Shown: in pieces, positions 23,831 through 37,752 of the stretch
How positions within the stretch are numbered: the stretch's first letter is position 1
Layout: every line of letters starts with the position of its first letter
Source of the DNA: Podarcis tiliguerta
Lineage: Eukaryota
Direction: 5' to 3' (one strand)
Length of the DNA: 64,000 nucleotides
Assembly (NCBI GenBank): GCA_965153285.1
Contig: OZ229113.1
Translations under genes and position numbers: made by a program
Notes under the pieces: model-generated
What the model was told of the DNA's origin: nothing
Database searches by the model: none
What the model saw: the letters and a program-made list of their open reading frames with translations, nothing else

Positions 23831-24105
23831 TTGTTACAAGTATGTACCTGGACTCACATGTGCATAGCCAGCACTCATGTGTGTTCATATACACACTGTT
23901 AAGAGGTTTAGGGTCTGTTACTGGAGTTATAATGCGCACTTACCTATGAATATGTGTTTTACCTTTAACACTATTCCCACAAGAAGGTCTCACATGGAGG
24001 AATAAAGAAAGTGTTGTTTACTACATAGAATAAAAGTGACAGAGTATATAAATGCTGCTTCAGGCAGCAACATTACAATTTAAGCAGGCAGCAAATTCTA
24101 GAATA

Positions 24106-24328
24106 CAGTGGTACCTTGGGCTACATACGCTTCAGGTTACATACGCTTCAGGTTACAGACTCCGCTAACCCAGAAATATTGCTTCAGGTTGAGAACAGAA
24201 ATTGTGCTCTGGCGGCGCAGCAGCAGCAGGAGGCCCCATTAGCTAAAGTGGTGCTTCAGGTTAAAAACAGTTTCAGGTTAAGTACGGACCTCCGGAACGA
24301 ATTAAGTACTTAACCCGAGGTACCACTG
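24106..24328. mobile_element. Tc1/mariner MITE, inverted sister of 15724-15965
   Basis: TA|CAGTGGTACCTTGGG ... CCCGAGGTACCACTG|TA; repeated CTTCAGGTTA. Confidence 0.93.
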
Positions 24329-25594
24329 TACATACACACCTTGATCTAAAGAATGACAAAGTCCTTAACTTTCCAAAGCCTACAGAAGATGGGCATGACA
24401 GTTTTGCTATATAACCAACACTGGAAATGGAGAGAGGGGGGAGAGAAGTATGTATACCTGTTCTTAAAACGAAGTGGAAATGTGATGATTCCTGGAGAGC
24501 GCTGGGCAAGCTCTGTCTTATTGGAGGTGGAAGAGCTAACTGCCTACTAGCAGAGCCAATTGCCTACTGGAAATCTTGGGTTTTGTAATATTATTCTCTT
24601 TCTCACCATTGCCCATTCTAGAGAGAAAATTACTGAAAACTGGCCATCTTGTTTGTGTCTCATTCTGTGTGTTTTCCTTAACAAAACAGTAGAGGACTGT
24701 GATAGTGAGGCATTAACTAAACCTGGCTATATCTTTGTTTGCACTCTTCTACCATTGTGTGTGGATGGCTCCCATTGAAGAGCTGAATATCCTGTATTTG
24801 GCAACTAAATTTGCATTTGTGGACTTTTACAAGGTGTGAAGTATATCCTGAGATGAGGCTGGTATCAGTCATGTACCAAGGTCAAGCAAGGTTCAAGATG
24901 CAGAACCTCATGTGATATTTAAGTTATGTCAACCTTTACTTATGCTATGATCTACATAGATAAACCACAGAAATAAGTTCAGATTTACACACTTCTGTTC
25001 ACAATCCATTTATGATACCTTCAGCTCCTCAGGGGACAGGTGGGATGTAAATATAATAATTATTATTAATGAAGCCTACATTGTTTTGAAAAGTGAATAG
25101 CATTTTTCCTTTGAACTGTGATAACCCAGGAATTGGCACAATTTTGAATTATAACTATTCCCAAAAAGTAGAGGGAAAGAAGTTGCAGTTCTTTTTCTTA
25201 AAACACATACACAACATTTTATCACCCTTTTGAGGTTCCATAAATAGTTTTCAAAGTTCAGATCAAACTGAAAAAGAATGAGAGTTTTACCGCTTCTTCA
25301 GTATTTGCGCCCCAAAGAATAGTCAGAAAGTCTGACCTTATGTACCTAAGGGATGGATCTTCACAGGAAAATATGCATGAACCTTCAATAGGGAATACAC
25401 AGTGGGTTTGAAAGGTAAAAGCAATGGAAAATGTGTTCTGACATCTGAAAGAAGAGGAAGCCAGATGAACAAGAATACCATTTCACAGTTTGGTTAGGAA
25501 TCATTTAAAAGTAGGCAGTTATCCATGAGAAAAGATTATGACCTGGTAATGTGCAAATGGAAACTTCTGATTTTGTCTGAAGCAAACATAGGTA

Positions 25595-25754
25595 CCGTAC
25601 TTTTCCGTGTATAAGACTAGGTTTTTTTACTTATGTGAAAAACCGTGGGTTGTCCTATACATGGTTAGTGAATGGTGGGGATTTGTTAAAGTGGAGTCCC
25701 TAAAAATAGGATGTGTCTTATACATGGGGGTGTGTTATACACAGAAAAATATGG
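25595..25754. mobile_element. TA-flanked MITE with CCGTA-type TIR
   Basis: TA|CCGTACTTTTCCGTGTATAAGAC ... GTTATACACAGAAAAATATGG|TA. Confidence 0.82.
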
Positions 25755-26734
25755 TATATGTCTTAAGGTCCATAACCTGATTAATTTCCCTCTTGTGTTT
25801 ACTTCCCTTCCACATCATAAAATTGACTCTGAGATGTCCAACAATGACTGGTCTATGTCAAACCATGTGGCATGTGATGACCCTGTAAAATACTGAATGA
25901 AGTTCATCATATTTTCACATATAAGCACAAAATTAGTAGAGAAAAAAGAAGAAAGAGAAAGAAAAAAACCAAGCCATTTACTCCACAAGAACTTTTGTGA
26001 ATTCCTTTTAGTAGACGTTGAAGGTAACATGGATATCATTGCTCAAAGCTGAGAGTACTATGAAGCCCCCCTCTGCCGATCTTAACACCTAAGAAGGTCT
26101 GTAAGAAAGGATAGTCTTCCAGATCAGGTTCAGTAATCTGATATTTAACTGCAAATCCTTTCAAGTACAAGGAAATGTAGTATTTGACAGGGTGTTTTCA
26201 CACCTTAGAAACTAACCAGATTATTTTACGAGTTCTCATTAATTTTGTATTATTTATTTAACAAAATTTATATACCACTTGATTGTAGTAAAGCCTCAAA
26301 TAAGTTTACAATAAAAAACACTAAAACATTAAAGCTATCAGTAAAATATAGTTAAATAAAGTCACTTGCATCTACCAGAACCTGGGCTTCACCATTATGA
26401 AACAAGATCTTCTGTCTGATGCTGTAATTGTTCAATGAATTTCTTGCCCCTCATGGTTTATTGAAACTGAAAGGGAGAGGACAATGGACAAGGAAAAAGG
26501 GATACTTAACCCTGCACGATGAGATGGGCTGGTCGTGGGCTGCCTAAAAAAGGTTGAAGTATGATCATGCATAAAAGAAACCTGCACTGCATCCATAAGA
26601 TCTAATGTAGAAGGGTTTATCAGAAACACAGGTGACCTAAGCCCTGTTCACAGATGCATGCTCACCCTTTGATTAATGTAGCATCATTTGATGACTGGTA
26701 TGCATTAGACAGGCACAGATGATCCAACACTATA

Positions 26735-27102
26735 CAGTGGTGCCCCGCAAGACGAATGCCTCGCAAGACGGAAAACCCGCTAGACGAAAGGGTTTTCCGT
26801 TTTCAGAGGTGCTTCGCAGGACGAATTTCTCTATGGGCTTGCTTTGCAAGACGAAAATGTCTTGCGATTCTTGAGGTTTTTTTTCGCTCCCCACCCCCTT
26901 TTTCTAAGGCGCTAAGCTGCTAATAGCCTTTTAGCAGCTAATCCGCTAATCCCTTAAGCCTTTAATAGCCGCTAATAGCCGCTAATAGCCGCTAAACCGC
27001 TAATAGCGCTAATCCGCTAATAGGGTTGCTTCGCAAGACTAAAAAACCGCTAGACGAAGAGACTCGCGGAACGGATTAATTTCGTCTTGCGAGGCACCAC
27101 TG
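26735..27102. mobile_element. Tc1/mariner MITE with internal minisatellite
   Basis: TA|CAGTGGTGCCCCGCAAGACGAA ... TTCGTCTTGCGAGGCACCACTG|TA; repeated GCAAGACGAA; internal TAATAGCCGC-like array at ~26905-27022. Confidence 0.93.
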
Positions 27103-30100
27103 TACATACAACATTCATATCGCCTTAAGCATGATGTCTTTTACTGGAGCCAATATACACATTCAGCTGAGAAGGATTAACTGATGTATAATCAAATTAT
27201 AAATGCTAAGAGATATAAATGCAGTGTGATCTGAAGCACTATAATAAGTCAGCTGTGTGAAATCTAAACCTATTGTATAAAACTCCCAAATGATAGGGTA
27301 TCCAACTTTTGCTTGTGTGTGCAAAGGACCTCCACTTTCCCATGTTGGCTTTGCAAAGTTTTGTCTCAGCTGTCCAAACCCTCCGTACCTATGCTATAGT
27401 CTTATTAGATACAACTCTCCTTGGATTTATTAGGATTAAAACAACACGGAACCACAGTAATCTATTGTGGAACTGGGATATCACACATCCACATAAAGAT
27501 TAGCTATTGGAGCTCTCCACTGAAGGGAACAAAAAGTCCGCCTGTGAAAACGTTTTGTGTATATCAATTCAATTGTAAAAGACTGGGTGGGACAATCCTT
27601 GTCCCATGTCTCACCGGAGGAGATAAAGATTGCCACTTCTTCAAGTCCTGCATATCCTCAAAGTTTTGATATTGTGTGTGTGTGCTCTCTCTTAGAAACC
27701 ATGAACACAATTTGACCCCCTACAGTACAGCCAGTTAGCTAGCCTGCTCCCTCAGCATCTAATGCCATAGCTGCTCACTTCAGCCTTAAATAGTAGCTGA
27801 GGCAGTGGGGGTGGGGGGACACACACAGTCTTGGCCAGGACCCTCAGGGGGAATATCCTTTCACCAAACACAGCAGCCCCACCCGGTCCCAGCTGAGCTA
27901 TTTCATGCATACATATACCCATTTCTAGAATGGTATACTATATACCATTGAATATATTATTAATTTACATAAATGAAGAGCTATGTTCAGCTTCTGTAGT
28001 ATAGATATTTCTATATATTAGGCATGGACAGAGTTGTTAGTACTTTATTAAAATATCACAATCCAATGAAAATCCAATGAAAATGTGAAACAATAATCTC
28101 TTTGCACAATGGATTTGGTCACATTTGCTAATGAGGCAATTTTACAGTGGGATTTGCTTCTGAGTAAACATACACAGGATTGAATGGCATAGAAATGAGC
28201 TAAAGAGTATTTGACGCTTGCAGTTCTCACATTGTGCGACCAGGGTGGTAATTCTCAACAAGGTAGGCAGTTTAGCTTAGTACAGAAAGAAATTAAATTC
28301 TCTCATAGCTTGCCATATTGTGGAACCACAAAGCTATTCAGAGTTCTTCAGAAATGAAATGTTTCATTATTGCACATGGTTTGCCAAATTGGTGCCTTAT
28401 TTCATAAAGCAATAAATATTTTTTTTGATACAGACAGATTGTGTATGTAAGTTTGTGTGACACATTTTCCCAGGATCAATGCTGAGACCTCTGAACTAAA
28501 GTAAAATCATCTTTCTAAACGGAATACTAATTTTTGCTAAGCTGCTTTTTGAAGACTAGGCTCTTTTTAAAAACCAAAGCTCCATACAATGGATGGAGGG
28601 AAACGAAAAGGGAGACTGCAGTTGATGAAATGCAAATGAGGCTTTGCTCAGACAGCTGGCTGCTTTAGGATGACATGTGTGATGAATGGCTCTTAAAACA
28701 TGAGCAGGCATCAGGCTTCAATTCAGTGTCAGACTGGCAAAAACAGCAGCATTACTGGATGCTTCCTTTAATTAATGCAACATTTCTGCATTAGTCCGGA
28801 CACTGCCGATAAATGGGAAAGAACTGATATCAGTGGTAATATCAGAAATCTTTCAACCTTGAAGCTGGGATGTGTTAGCCAAAAGCTGCAGTATCGTAAA
28901 AGGTTTAATTGTATTTGTAATGTACCAGTGCACCATGACAAAAATGGAAGATAGTGTAGGCAGGCCCGGGTAAGCCAGTGATAAATGAGTGTGAGTGATT
29001 ATAAAGCAAAGAGGACTGTGAAAACAGACAAAAGACAAGCAAAAGGAAAAGGTGGGGGACTAAGGATATCAACAGCTACTCTGATGTGTGAAGTAGGTGC
29101 AGAGAGAAACCTGGTTATAGTTTCCTGTGGGGATGGAAGCACAAAGCAGCTTAACATAAATCTCTCATCCTAAAGGGATTTCATTGACAAAAGTGAGATT
29201 TAGCACCAAAACTGCTTGCCGGTGAACTTCACAGGGAAGAGCCTTTGCCAGGCAGTCATGAGTTAGGAAGCTCAGTAAATCAACTCAGTAAATCAAACAC
29301 ACAAGTCAAGGTTTTCTACTAATTACAGATCAGAACAACAGGTTCTGTGAAAATACACATTATTCATCCATTTTGCGCTTTAAAAGGTCATTTTTGAGTC
29401 ATGTAGCACTAAACTGTTACGCAAGGTTGCAATGTGACATTTAAAAGTTTCATGCAATATCATCTGACCACTCTTAAATGTACTGAAAATTCTTTGCAGA
29501 CACTGTTCTTTATAACTTGGGAGGATACTTGTTTATATTAGAAGAATGTCAGCTGGACCCAAAGCTCAAACTGGATTACAAATTTATGTCTAGCTTATGG
29601 AAATAAGGATCTCCTTCTGAGAAATGTGGTTAGTCTTATCAAAACTCTTTTAGTATCCCTCAGATTTCCTCATATGCGAGTAATCCTGAGGTACACTTAA
29701 AACCTTACTGTAGTTAGAATTCTGTGGTAACTGTATAATAGAAATAACTGTGTGCCAGTAGATATTTAGAGACTATAAATATTCAATCTGATAGCCACAA
29801 AGTATTAATGTTTAAAGAGTCAGATGTAGTCATGTATCTGTTCCAAGTTCCCATATATCTGTAAGCATTTCTAAATAATACATTACTTTTTATAAACTGA
29901 TACATCATTCCCTTCAACACTGAATTCAGGAGTTCAAATGCCTATCAGTTTTGAAATGAAACAGGGCCACCAAAATACAAGGTAATGGTTTCTACCTGCC
30001 TGAGACTCCTTGGGTCTTAGGCTATCAATCGTGGCCGAGTAACATTGTCTTCTATGACTAAAGTCTTAACAGGAAGTGGCCAATTCTGGATCCACACGTC

Positions 30101-30619
30101 CTTCCAGACTGGGGACAGAGGTTTCTGGGCGATGGTTGATCAGGGTGAAGGTTTATAAGGATAAAGTATAAGTAGGTATAAGTATAAAGTTTGTAACTAA
30201 AAAGAAAAAGAAAAAAAAAATTGGAAAAATTGCAAAAAAGAAAGAAAGTCTGCCACAAACTTCTGAGTTTATGGAAGATTGATGAAATTTGAGCTGAGAG
30301 AGAGAGAAAATGGCATCTCAAGAAACCAGAAGTAAGGTGCACTGTGAAAGCCACCTAGAATGCTTGCGTGTCAGCTAAAAATCATACCCAGCCACCCCAC
30401 AAAAGAAAATGAGGGGTAGGGAAAGAGAGGGAATTACATGCCCTTGGCAGTTTAAATATCCAGGATGGGGTGAGGATTGGGAATACATGCTGTGAAATGA
30501 ATTCCCCCTGCACAGTATACAGGATTGTTTCAGGATGAAAGGCAAAAATACAGTACAGCCTTTCATTTTCTCAATCTCGAGAACTGCATATACACATACA
30601 CACACACACACATACTCTA

Positions 30620-30756
30620 AAGCTACAGAATGTTCATGTTGAGTCCCCAGATGTTGTTGGACTATAGCTCCCACCAGCCCCAGCCAGGATGTAGCAATGG
30701 TCTGGAATTATGAAAATTGTAGTCTAGCATATGGTGACCAAGGCTGGGAAAGGCTG
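30620..30756. mobile_element. Palindromic hAT-type MITE, decayed
   Basis: cagatgttgttggactatagctcccaccagcccc / ggaattatgaaaattgtagtctagcatatgg...ggaaaggctg. Confidence 0.65.
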
Positions 30757-31938
30757 CTCTGTAACACAGCAGAGAAAGTTCCTGGAAACAGGAGGGGCGA
30801 AAGGGTGTCCTTTAATTCCTGAAACTCTGCCACCTCCAAGAGGCCTGACAAGCACTACAAAATAGAGCTGTGCCAATTTCCAAACCAGAATGTCTTCATT
30901 TCAACCATATGAGGGAAGGTGGGGACAAAGTGAAGGTGCTTTAGGAAAGGGAAGTGGTATGTGTGTAGAATTCTGCTTTTTAAAGGATAATTTTTAAAGG
31001 GCTGATGTGTGTGTGCACGCACATGCTTGTGCTAACCTTGAAAGTGCAACAAGCGGGCAGAGGGATTCTGCTCCCCACCGCTGCTTTAAAATATGTTTTT
31101 AAATGCCTTGTTTGTGATTGCTGCAGCTGGGGCTAGAAAAGATTCTAGCCCATAGTCATTCCTGGAAAGATCATGTGACCATGCAATCACATATGGTCAT
31201 ATCAGAGGTGCTACCAATCTCGAAGCCGGTCTTCAGAGAGTCCTCCTCCACCACTGTGCCTATAAAACTGGAAGCAAAAGGGGGCCACCCAAAAAAAACA
31301 AGGCAATAGAGCTCTAGGTTTGTAACATAAAAGAAAAATTTAAAACCAGGTAAGCATCCCTCAAGGCCTTGCCCTTTACACCACCTTTTCCTAGGGAAAT
31401 GAGGGAGCTGAGACAGCTGCTACATCCAGCAATGCTCTTCTTAGTACTGGCTAAGAGCCTCCTACCCACCCCACTGCTTATTGTGCTGGCCCTTTGGGCC
31501 CTGAAAGAACTGGGGCCAAAAGCAGTGCTTGAGACCTTGCCTGATGCTTTCACAACACTGGGCTGAGTTTCACTGCTCTTTTGTGAGGGAAGGCTGAAGA
31601 TGCAGGTGACTACAGTCAACTCTGGTGGGCCTTGGAGTTTGCATGACCATGCTGGGTGCTGACACCACGCTTCCTAGCAAGGACCCATGGGTTTCCAGGC
31701 CTACAGAATATTTTTAATATGGTAGTACAGTAGCAATATATTTAATCTTACAACAAAACACAGCACTGTGGCATCTGTTGAATTTTCACATATTTGTTTT
31801 GTACGCTGCCTGATAAATCTAATCTAATTATTATTATTACTAGTATAGCACGATCAAACCTTTGTGGAAGACAACAACCCAAAACTTAACTTCAGCAATA
31901 CAATACAAGGAAAATAGCCCTAAATAACTCTGCTTTAT

Positions 31939-32243
31939 GGGACATGGGTGGCACTGTGGGTTAAACCACAGAGCCTAGAGTTTGCCGATCAGAAGGTTGG
32001 CGGTTCGAATCCCCACGATGGGGTGAGCTCCCGTTGCTCAGTCCCTGCTCCTGCCAACCTAGCAGTTCGAAAGCACGAAGTGCAAGTAGATAAATAGGTA
32101 CCGCTCTGGCATTTCCGTGCGCTGCTCTGGTTCGCCAGAAGTGGCTTAGTCATGCTGGCCACATGACCCAGAAGCTGTACACCGGCTCCCTCGGCCAGTA
32201 AAGCGAGATGAGCTAACGGTCAGGGGTCCCTTTACCTTTACCC
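31939..32243 (+). mobile_element. Sauria-type SINE with two internal deletions
   Basis: Head gggacatgggtggcactgtggg, B-box GGTTCGAATCC, ACCTTT tail; flanking CTGCTTTA at 31930-31937 and 32244-32251. Confidence 0.93.
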
Positions 32244-33262
32244 CTGCTTTAACACCTAAAACAGTTAAAGCAACAGTTAAAACTGTGCATAAAAATTCTG
32301 TTCTCAATAAATTCATGGCATTTCTGCTTTACCCAAAACATAGGGCATTATCCTCACTCCCACATGCCTGTCTGCCTCCTTGTTTTTCTATAGCAGAGAC
32401 TGAGAGGAAGGTGTGACATTTGAAAATCCGTTCCGCGTTTTCTAAGAGTTCTTGTTGTATACCAGAATCTGGAGTAGCTCCATTCCAGATTTTACTTGGT
32501 CACTCCTCATGGAAAGGTCTGGTAGGCCTCAATAAACGCACTGGGACTAAGGGTGTGTTAACTTGAAACTGGAGTTTGGTTAAGGTTAGTAAAACTGGGC
32601 TTTTTTCCCTTTTGCCTTTGTGAGGCTGGGCCCGTCTAGAATCTTGAGTGGTGATTCTTTCTTTCTTTTTAGTCATGCAGAGCAAAGAATCAAGTTTGGA
32701 AACAGGTTCTGAAGTCTCTCCCGGAGAAGGAGTCAGGGGTAAGCACTTGCCTTGAACATTTACTAGCATTTCACTGGATCTGTGACAAAAACTATAGCAG
32801 CAAAGGTAATGCAAATACTCCCTTCTGAATAGAAGATTAGGACTTGCTTTCCTGGGTATTAGCAGCCTTTTCTCGGATACCCATGGCCCTCTCACGCCTG
32901 TTGGCTTGCCTAGTACCTGCCACAGGTGAAACGAAGGGCAGAGGCCCAAGCTCCCATGTGTAACAGTTGTGGAAGCAAGATGGGTGAGAGCAGTGAATTG
33001 AAAATGCTCTGTATGTCAGTGAAGGATTTGGGAAATAAGAGGCTGAGGGAGGAAGCAGGTGCTAAGGTTAAGAAAGATAAGGCCAAGGTGGGATGGACAC
33101 ATACCTCACTATTATTACATTATAAACAACCAATTTTCAAGTCAATAATTTTTCCTCCTCCCCCTCTTTATATAAGGAACATTTAAGCCCTGCTTACAAT
33201 AATGAGAGAAATAAACTGAAGTGGATAGCTTTGTACCGGAATCACTTAACTGTAGCAGTTGA

Positions 33263-33490
33263 TTTTATTTTTATATTTTAAACCCACTATTACTTCTAGG
33301 TGCTCAAAGTGGCATAAATGGTTCTCCTCCTCCATTTTATCCTCATAACAACCCTGTGAGGTAGGTTAGACTGAGATATTATTACTGGCCTAGGGCAACT
33401 CGGCCAAGCTTCATGGCTGTGTGGGGATATGAACCCTGGTATCCTGGGTCCTAGTCAAACAGTCCAACCACCTACACCACATTGGCTTTC
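33263..33490 (-). mobile_element. tRNA-derived CORE/MIR-like squamate SINE
   Basis: ccattttatcctcataacaaccctgtgaggtagg core; minus-strand head gtggtgtaggtggttgg...cagggttcatatcccc. Confidence 0.8.
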
Positions 33491-35160
33491 AATAAGAAGC
33501 TTTCAAAACACAAGTTGGGGGTTATTTGGATGAAGAATTCACATTTTGAACTTAAGCTTGGCATTTTTCTATAACTGGAAAAGTTATTTCCTGTTGCATA
33601 TTCTTTTAGTTGGTTTTTGAATATTCAGCTAACCAGACTGACCATGAAAAAGAGAATATAATCCCCACTTCATAATGTACTGTTTGTGAGACATGAGGTA
33701 ATTGTCCCCTGGCACAGTTAGAACTGTAGCATTCAGAAATCCTAAAACATTCCCTGTGGTCTCCTATGAATATTTGTTGACTTTGCATTCAGGACTAATG
33801 GAAGCTAGTCATGGAGAAAGAGTTGTAAATCATTTTGACCAAGCTGACCGAAAGAACGGTGCCAAATTTCAGTGTCAGAGTCTCCAGCACACAATCCATG
33901 ATAAACAAAAATTGTCTTTAGCAGAGAACAAACAAACAACAATAAGGGTTAGACGGAAGTCATCCAACCACAAAGCTATATACAGATGGCTCAGTTTTCC
34001 CTTTCGGAGTCCCTAACAGAACATTAGTGATTTATCAGTGTGGGCCCACAATCAAACAACATTAGAGAGGTGTGCTCATCATTCTTCAGTTAAGAGGGGA
34101 AAGTTACTAGAAAACACAATCAAGACAGGAATAGTAACAACAAAAAATCCACAAGCTCCGAACCAATGTGCAAAGCAAAATTGAAAATAAAATGTCTCAC
34201 ACACATTCTCAGCTTACTCTCTGTTTACAAAAAATAAATTGTTTAAAGACTCTGTTTTAGCCACTGACTGATATCCCAAGGTCTTTGAGACATCTTGAAG
34301 GCTGTGAACATGACCTCTATAACCCAGTCAGTTTATTGTAGGATGTGAGACTGACAAGAGGCTAAGAATCCAATATGGAACATTTCTAGCTGTACTGAAG
34401 TGATGTCTCTGCATGGTAGGGAGGTGAGAAAGGAACTGAAAGGTTACCATAAAAAATACAAATACAATAAAAAAATGGCAAAATGCACACTTGCCTGAAG
34501 TCTTAGAGATATGGAGTTAAATCTAATATTCCTGCTACTGAATTGTATGTACTTTAGAATTATGCTATACATTTTCCAAATAGAGATGTATATTAAAAAA
34601 CAATAATAACAAATATGACTGCTTTAGTTTAATGAAGAATATGTGCCTGGCTGGGGTGGTGCAAATTTATCCATGAGAACTTTCCTAATTCTATGATTGT
34701 AATAAGACACTCATATTGAGATTTCACTAACATGGGAAACAGTTTGTTTTTAAGACTGTTTCCATACTGGGCATTGATTGTGAAATAGCTACAATAACAT
34801 CTGCACCATGTCATTAACTAAACATCTGCATCTTGTCCCCCCCCTGCCTGTTCCTTCTAGTTCCCACCACCCCCATAGCTAAGAAATTCTGATTTTTCAA
34901 ACTTAATGGAATAGCTATGATTTCCTCAAGTATGGATGATCCATTTTGTTGCTATTCTGGTCAGATCATGATCTCTATTGATTGCTCAGCAATCTGATTT
35001 TAGGTTGTGATCCAGCCATTCCTTTTCTATGATCCAGTGAATGAACACTTTCCCTTTAAGTCTTCATTTCTAATTAGCATTGCATTGTGTATCAGTTTTC
35101 CCCCTCAAAAAAATTCACAAAGAGAGAATCATGATTGGTACTGTAGTGAGGGAGGATTTA

Positions 35161-35569
35161 CCGTATTTTTTGCACCATAGGGCGCACCGGACCATAGGGC
35201 GCCCCTAGTTTTTAGACTGGGAAATCAATAAAAAAAATATTTCCCCCCCCCCAGCCCCAAAGAGCAGCGTACAGGCTGCGCACAACCTCTCTCTGCCGGA
35301 GGGGTTGTGCGCGGCTATGGCACAAACCAATGCAGCGAGCGGGATGGATCGCGCTGGCTGCTTTGGCTTCCTCTTTAGCCCCGCGCAATCTCTCCCTGCT
35401 AGGAAAGGCTGCGCAGGGCTAAAGAAACCATAGCCCTGTGCAGCCTCTCTCTGCCGGAGGGGTTGCGCGCGGCTATGGCACAAGCCTGCATTCGCTCCAT
35501 AGGACGCACACACATTTCCCCTCAATTTTTGGAGGGGAAAAACTGCGTCCAAAGGAGCGAAAAATACGG
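35161..35569. mobile_element. TA-flanked MITE with CCGTATTTTT TIR and GC-rich internal duplication
   Basis: TA|CCGTATTTTTTGC ... GCGAAAAATACGG|TA; ends shared with 44712-44970. Confidence 0.92.
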
Positions 35570-36887
35570 TAATGCCTCCTCCCACAATAGTCTCAATGCA
35601 AATTACCCCCTGTAGCACCCTTCCTGCACTGATCACTGAGACAAGCCTATCCCAGCAAGCAGCAAAACATGGGATTTGCTGAGAACCTACATATAAAATC
35701 CAATATTTGTAGACCTTAATATCATGGTTGTATACCAGATTCTTCTTTTTCTTTGGGGGGGCTGTTTCTCATTATTCTATGTGGTCTCACACTCCCCCAG
35801 TTCAAAATCAGCGACAGACAGGCTGGAGTTAGACTTTGTATTATCATTTTTTGTTTATCAATATATATGTAATCTATTCGTACAGGCATATATATTTGTA
35901 CAGGCATGGCATTTGTAAACGTATTTTATCTGTTACGCCTGTAACCTGAAATTGAAAGTAATTATTTTTAAAAAATATTTGAGATTGTTTTGAAGGATTT
36001 TTAAGTATTTCTGGAAATACCTATTTAAAAAAGGGGGTATGTGTGCTAATTTTATATAATCGATCAGCCTGAGAACCTAGTTGTGACTATAAGCACATTC
36101 TTTTAAGTTGTAGACACAGTGAAGATTATTTGAAGGTCAGGATAGGAAAGGGTAGGACCGAAAAACTGCAATGCTCTGAGTGAATTTAGAGATTGGCAGC
36201 ACCCTTTTCAACAGATGGTGTCCTTTTGTAGATGAGATAGAGGCTCCTTGGGAGCCATTACTCAGGGAACATCAACAAGCCAATTCCTACATCCTTCCTA
36301 TGCTCCATATTCAGCAGCCTTTGGGGTGCTGCCAATGCTGAAATTTTTAGTCCCACTCAGGACTCAAGTATATCCTACATTCCTTTTGTCTCAGAATAGC
36401 AGCAAACTAACATGTTGATTTTTCTTTCTTTTCTAGTAATCATGTCATCCTTTAAACGTATTGTTTCGTATTGTTAAGATTTTTTAAAAAAATTGAAAGG
36501 GAAATAAGCAAATAATGGTACAAAAAATGACAGTTTTATAACTACCTGATTGAAAAGAAAATGTATTTCTGGGCAGCTGTGAAACACTACAAAAGCAGTA
36601 GCATGCTGTATTGTAGCCAGTCACTTTTATGTTGGATATGGCTTCCAATTCTTGTTATCCTGTCTCTTTCATCAGATAGAATCACGTAAGAGCCACCATT
36701 CTGAATATAATAAAGATGATATTGCTCTAATTATCTTAAGATTAGGTTCATAGGAAGTAATTGGTGATATATCAGGTTAAGGATGAATGGCTGTTGCTAC
36801 TGCTGCTACTGAAATTCCTCTTTTAGCTTTTTGCTCTGTAGGAGTCAGATTGGGGCAAATCTAGATGTGACATCAAGGATCCATGAC

Positions 36888-37727
36888 TAGGGCTGGGTGA
36901 TATCAGCTTTTCAACATTGCAGTGTATTGCCAGCCAAACATTGGCGATATATTGAAAAAATAGAATGCATTGGCCTCTGCCCCTGAGACACTGGGTGAAA
37001 CTGCCCCAGCTTTTGCCTCGAGAGCTGAGGTGGTTTCACCCAGGCTTGCAGGCTGGGACAATGCAGCTTGCTTGTGCTGCTCAGCTGGGGGGAGAGAAGG
37101 TTTCCCCTCTCCCAGCTGAGACAGCCCCGGTGCTCTCGCCACTCGTGCAGGAGCAGCAAGAGCAATGGGGCTGCTTTGCGCAGCTCAGCTGGGTGGAGGG
37201 AACGTCTCCCCCCAGCTGAGACAGTCCTGGTGCTCTCGCGTGAGTGGATGGAGCATTGGGGTTCCTTTAATTGCTCACTGCGGGGAACGACAACTGCACT
37301 CCCCTCAGCTGAGCAGTTTCAGAAACCCGCCAGCCTGCAGGATCCGGCGCTGGGCTGGGAGCTCCTTTAACTGCTTGACTAAGACAAGGGCAGCTGTACG
37401 CTCCTCAGCTGAGCAGTTTAAAGATGAAGAGGGAGGAACAAGCTGTATTGGTGCCTTGCTGATACAGCTTGTTTGTCCCTCTCTGTCGTTTGAGGGCAGA
37501 GTAGGATGGTGGTTTCACTCAGTGATATATCGCTGGTGAAACTGCCGCCTCTCCTGAGTCCCTCTGCTAGAGGGAGTCAAGAGTTCCTTCCTCCAGTGGG
37601 CGCTTCTAGCAGAGGGACTCAGGAGTGGTGGCGGTTTCACAAGTGATATACCGCTGAGTGAAACCGACATCGTGGTCTGCTCCTTATACTGATCCTGGGC
37701 GATATATCAATAGATCACTGAGGCCTA
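36888..37727. mobile_element. Non-autonomous hAT element (840 bp)
   Basis: Perfect 8-bp TSD TCCATGAC (36880-36887, 37728-37735); imperfect TIRs TAGGGCTGGGTGATAT / GATCACTGAGGCCTA; subterminal GATAT motifs. Confidence 0.9.
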
Positions 37728-37752
37728 TCCATGACTGTATTTTCCAATGTAT

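Noticed and set aside
26905-27022. CRISPR-like or telomere-like array
   Set aside because: No unique spacers, not TTAGGG, eukaryotic context; it is a minisatellite inside a MITE.
30060-30360. A-rich stretch ending in ATGGCATCTCAAGAA as an L1 5' UTR/ORF1 start
   Set aside because: Resemblance is only compositional and the frame closes quickly; not supportable without a search.
1916-32243. All four Sauria SINEs on the plus strand as a sign of an antisense host gene
   Set aside because: Four of four in one orientation has a 1-in-8 chance; other retroelements occur on both strands.
35205-37539. GC-rich ORFs and CpG-island-like patches at 35161-35569 and 36888-37727
   Set aside because: They lie within TIR/TSD-bounded non-autonomous transposons; no transposase motifs.
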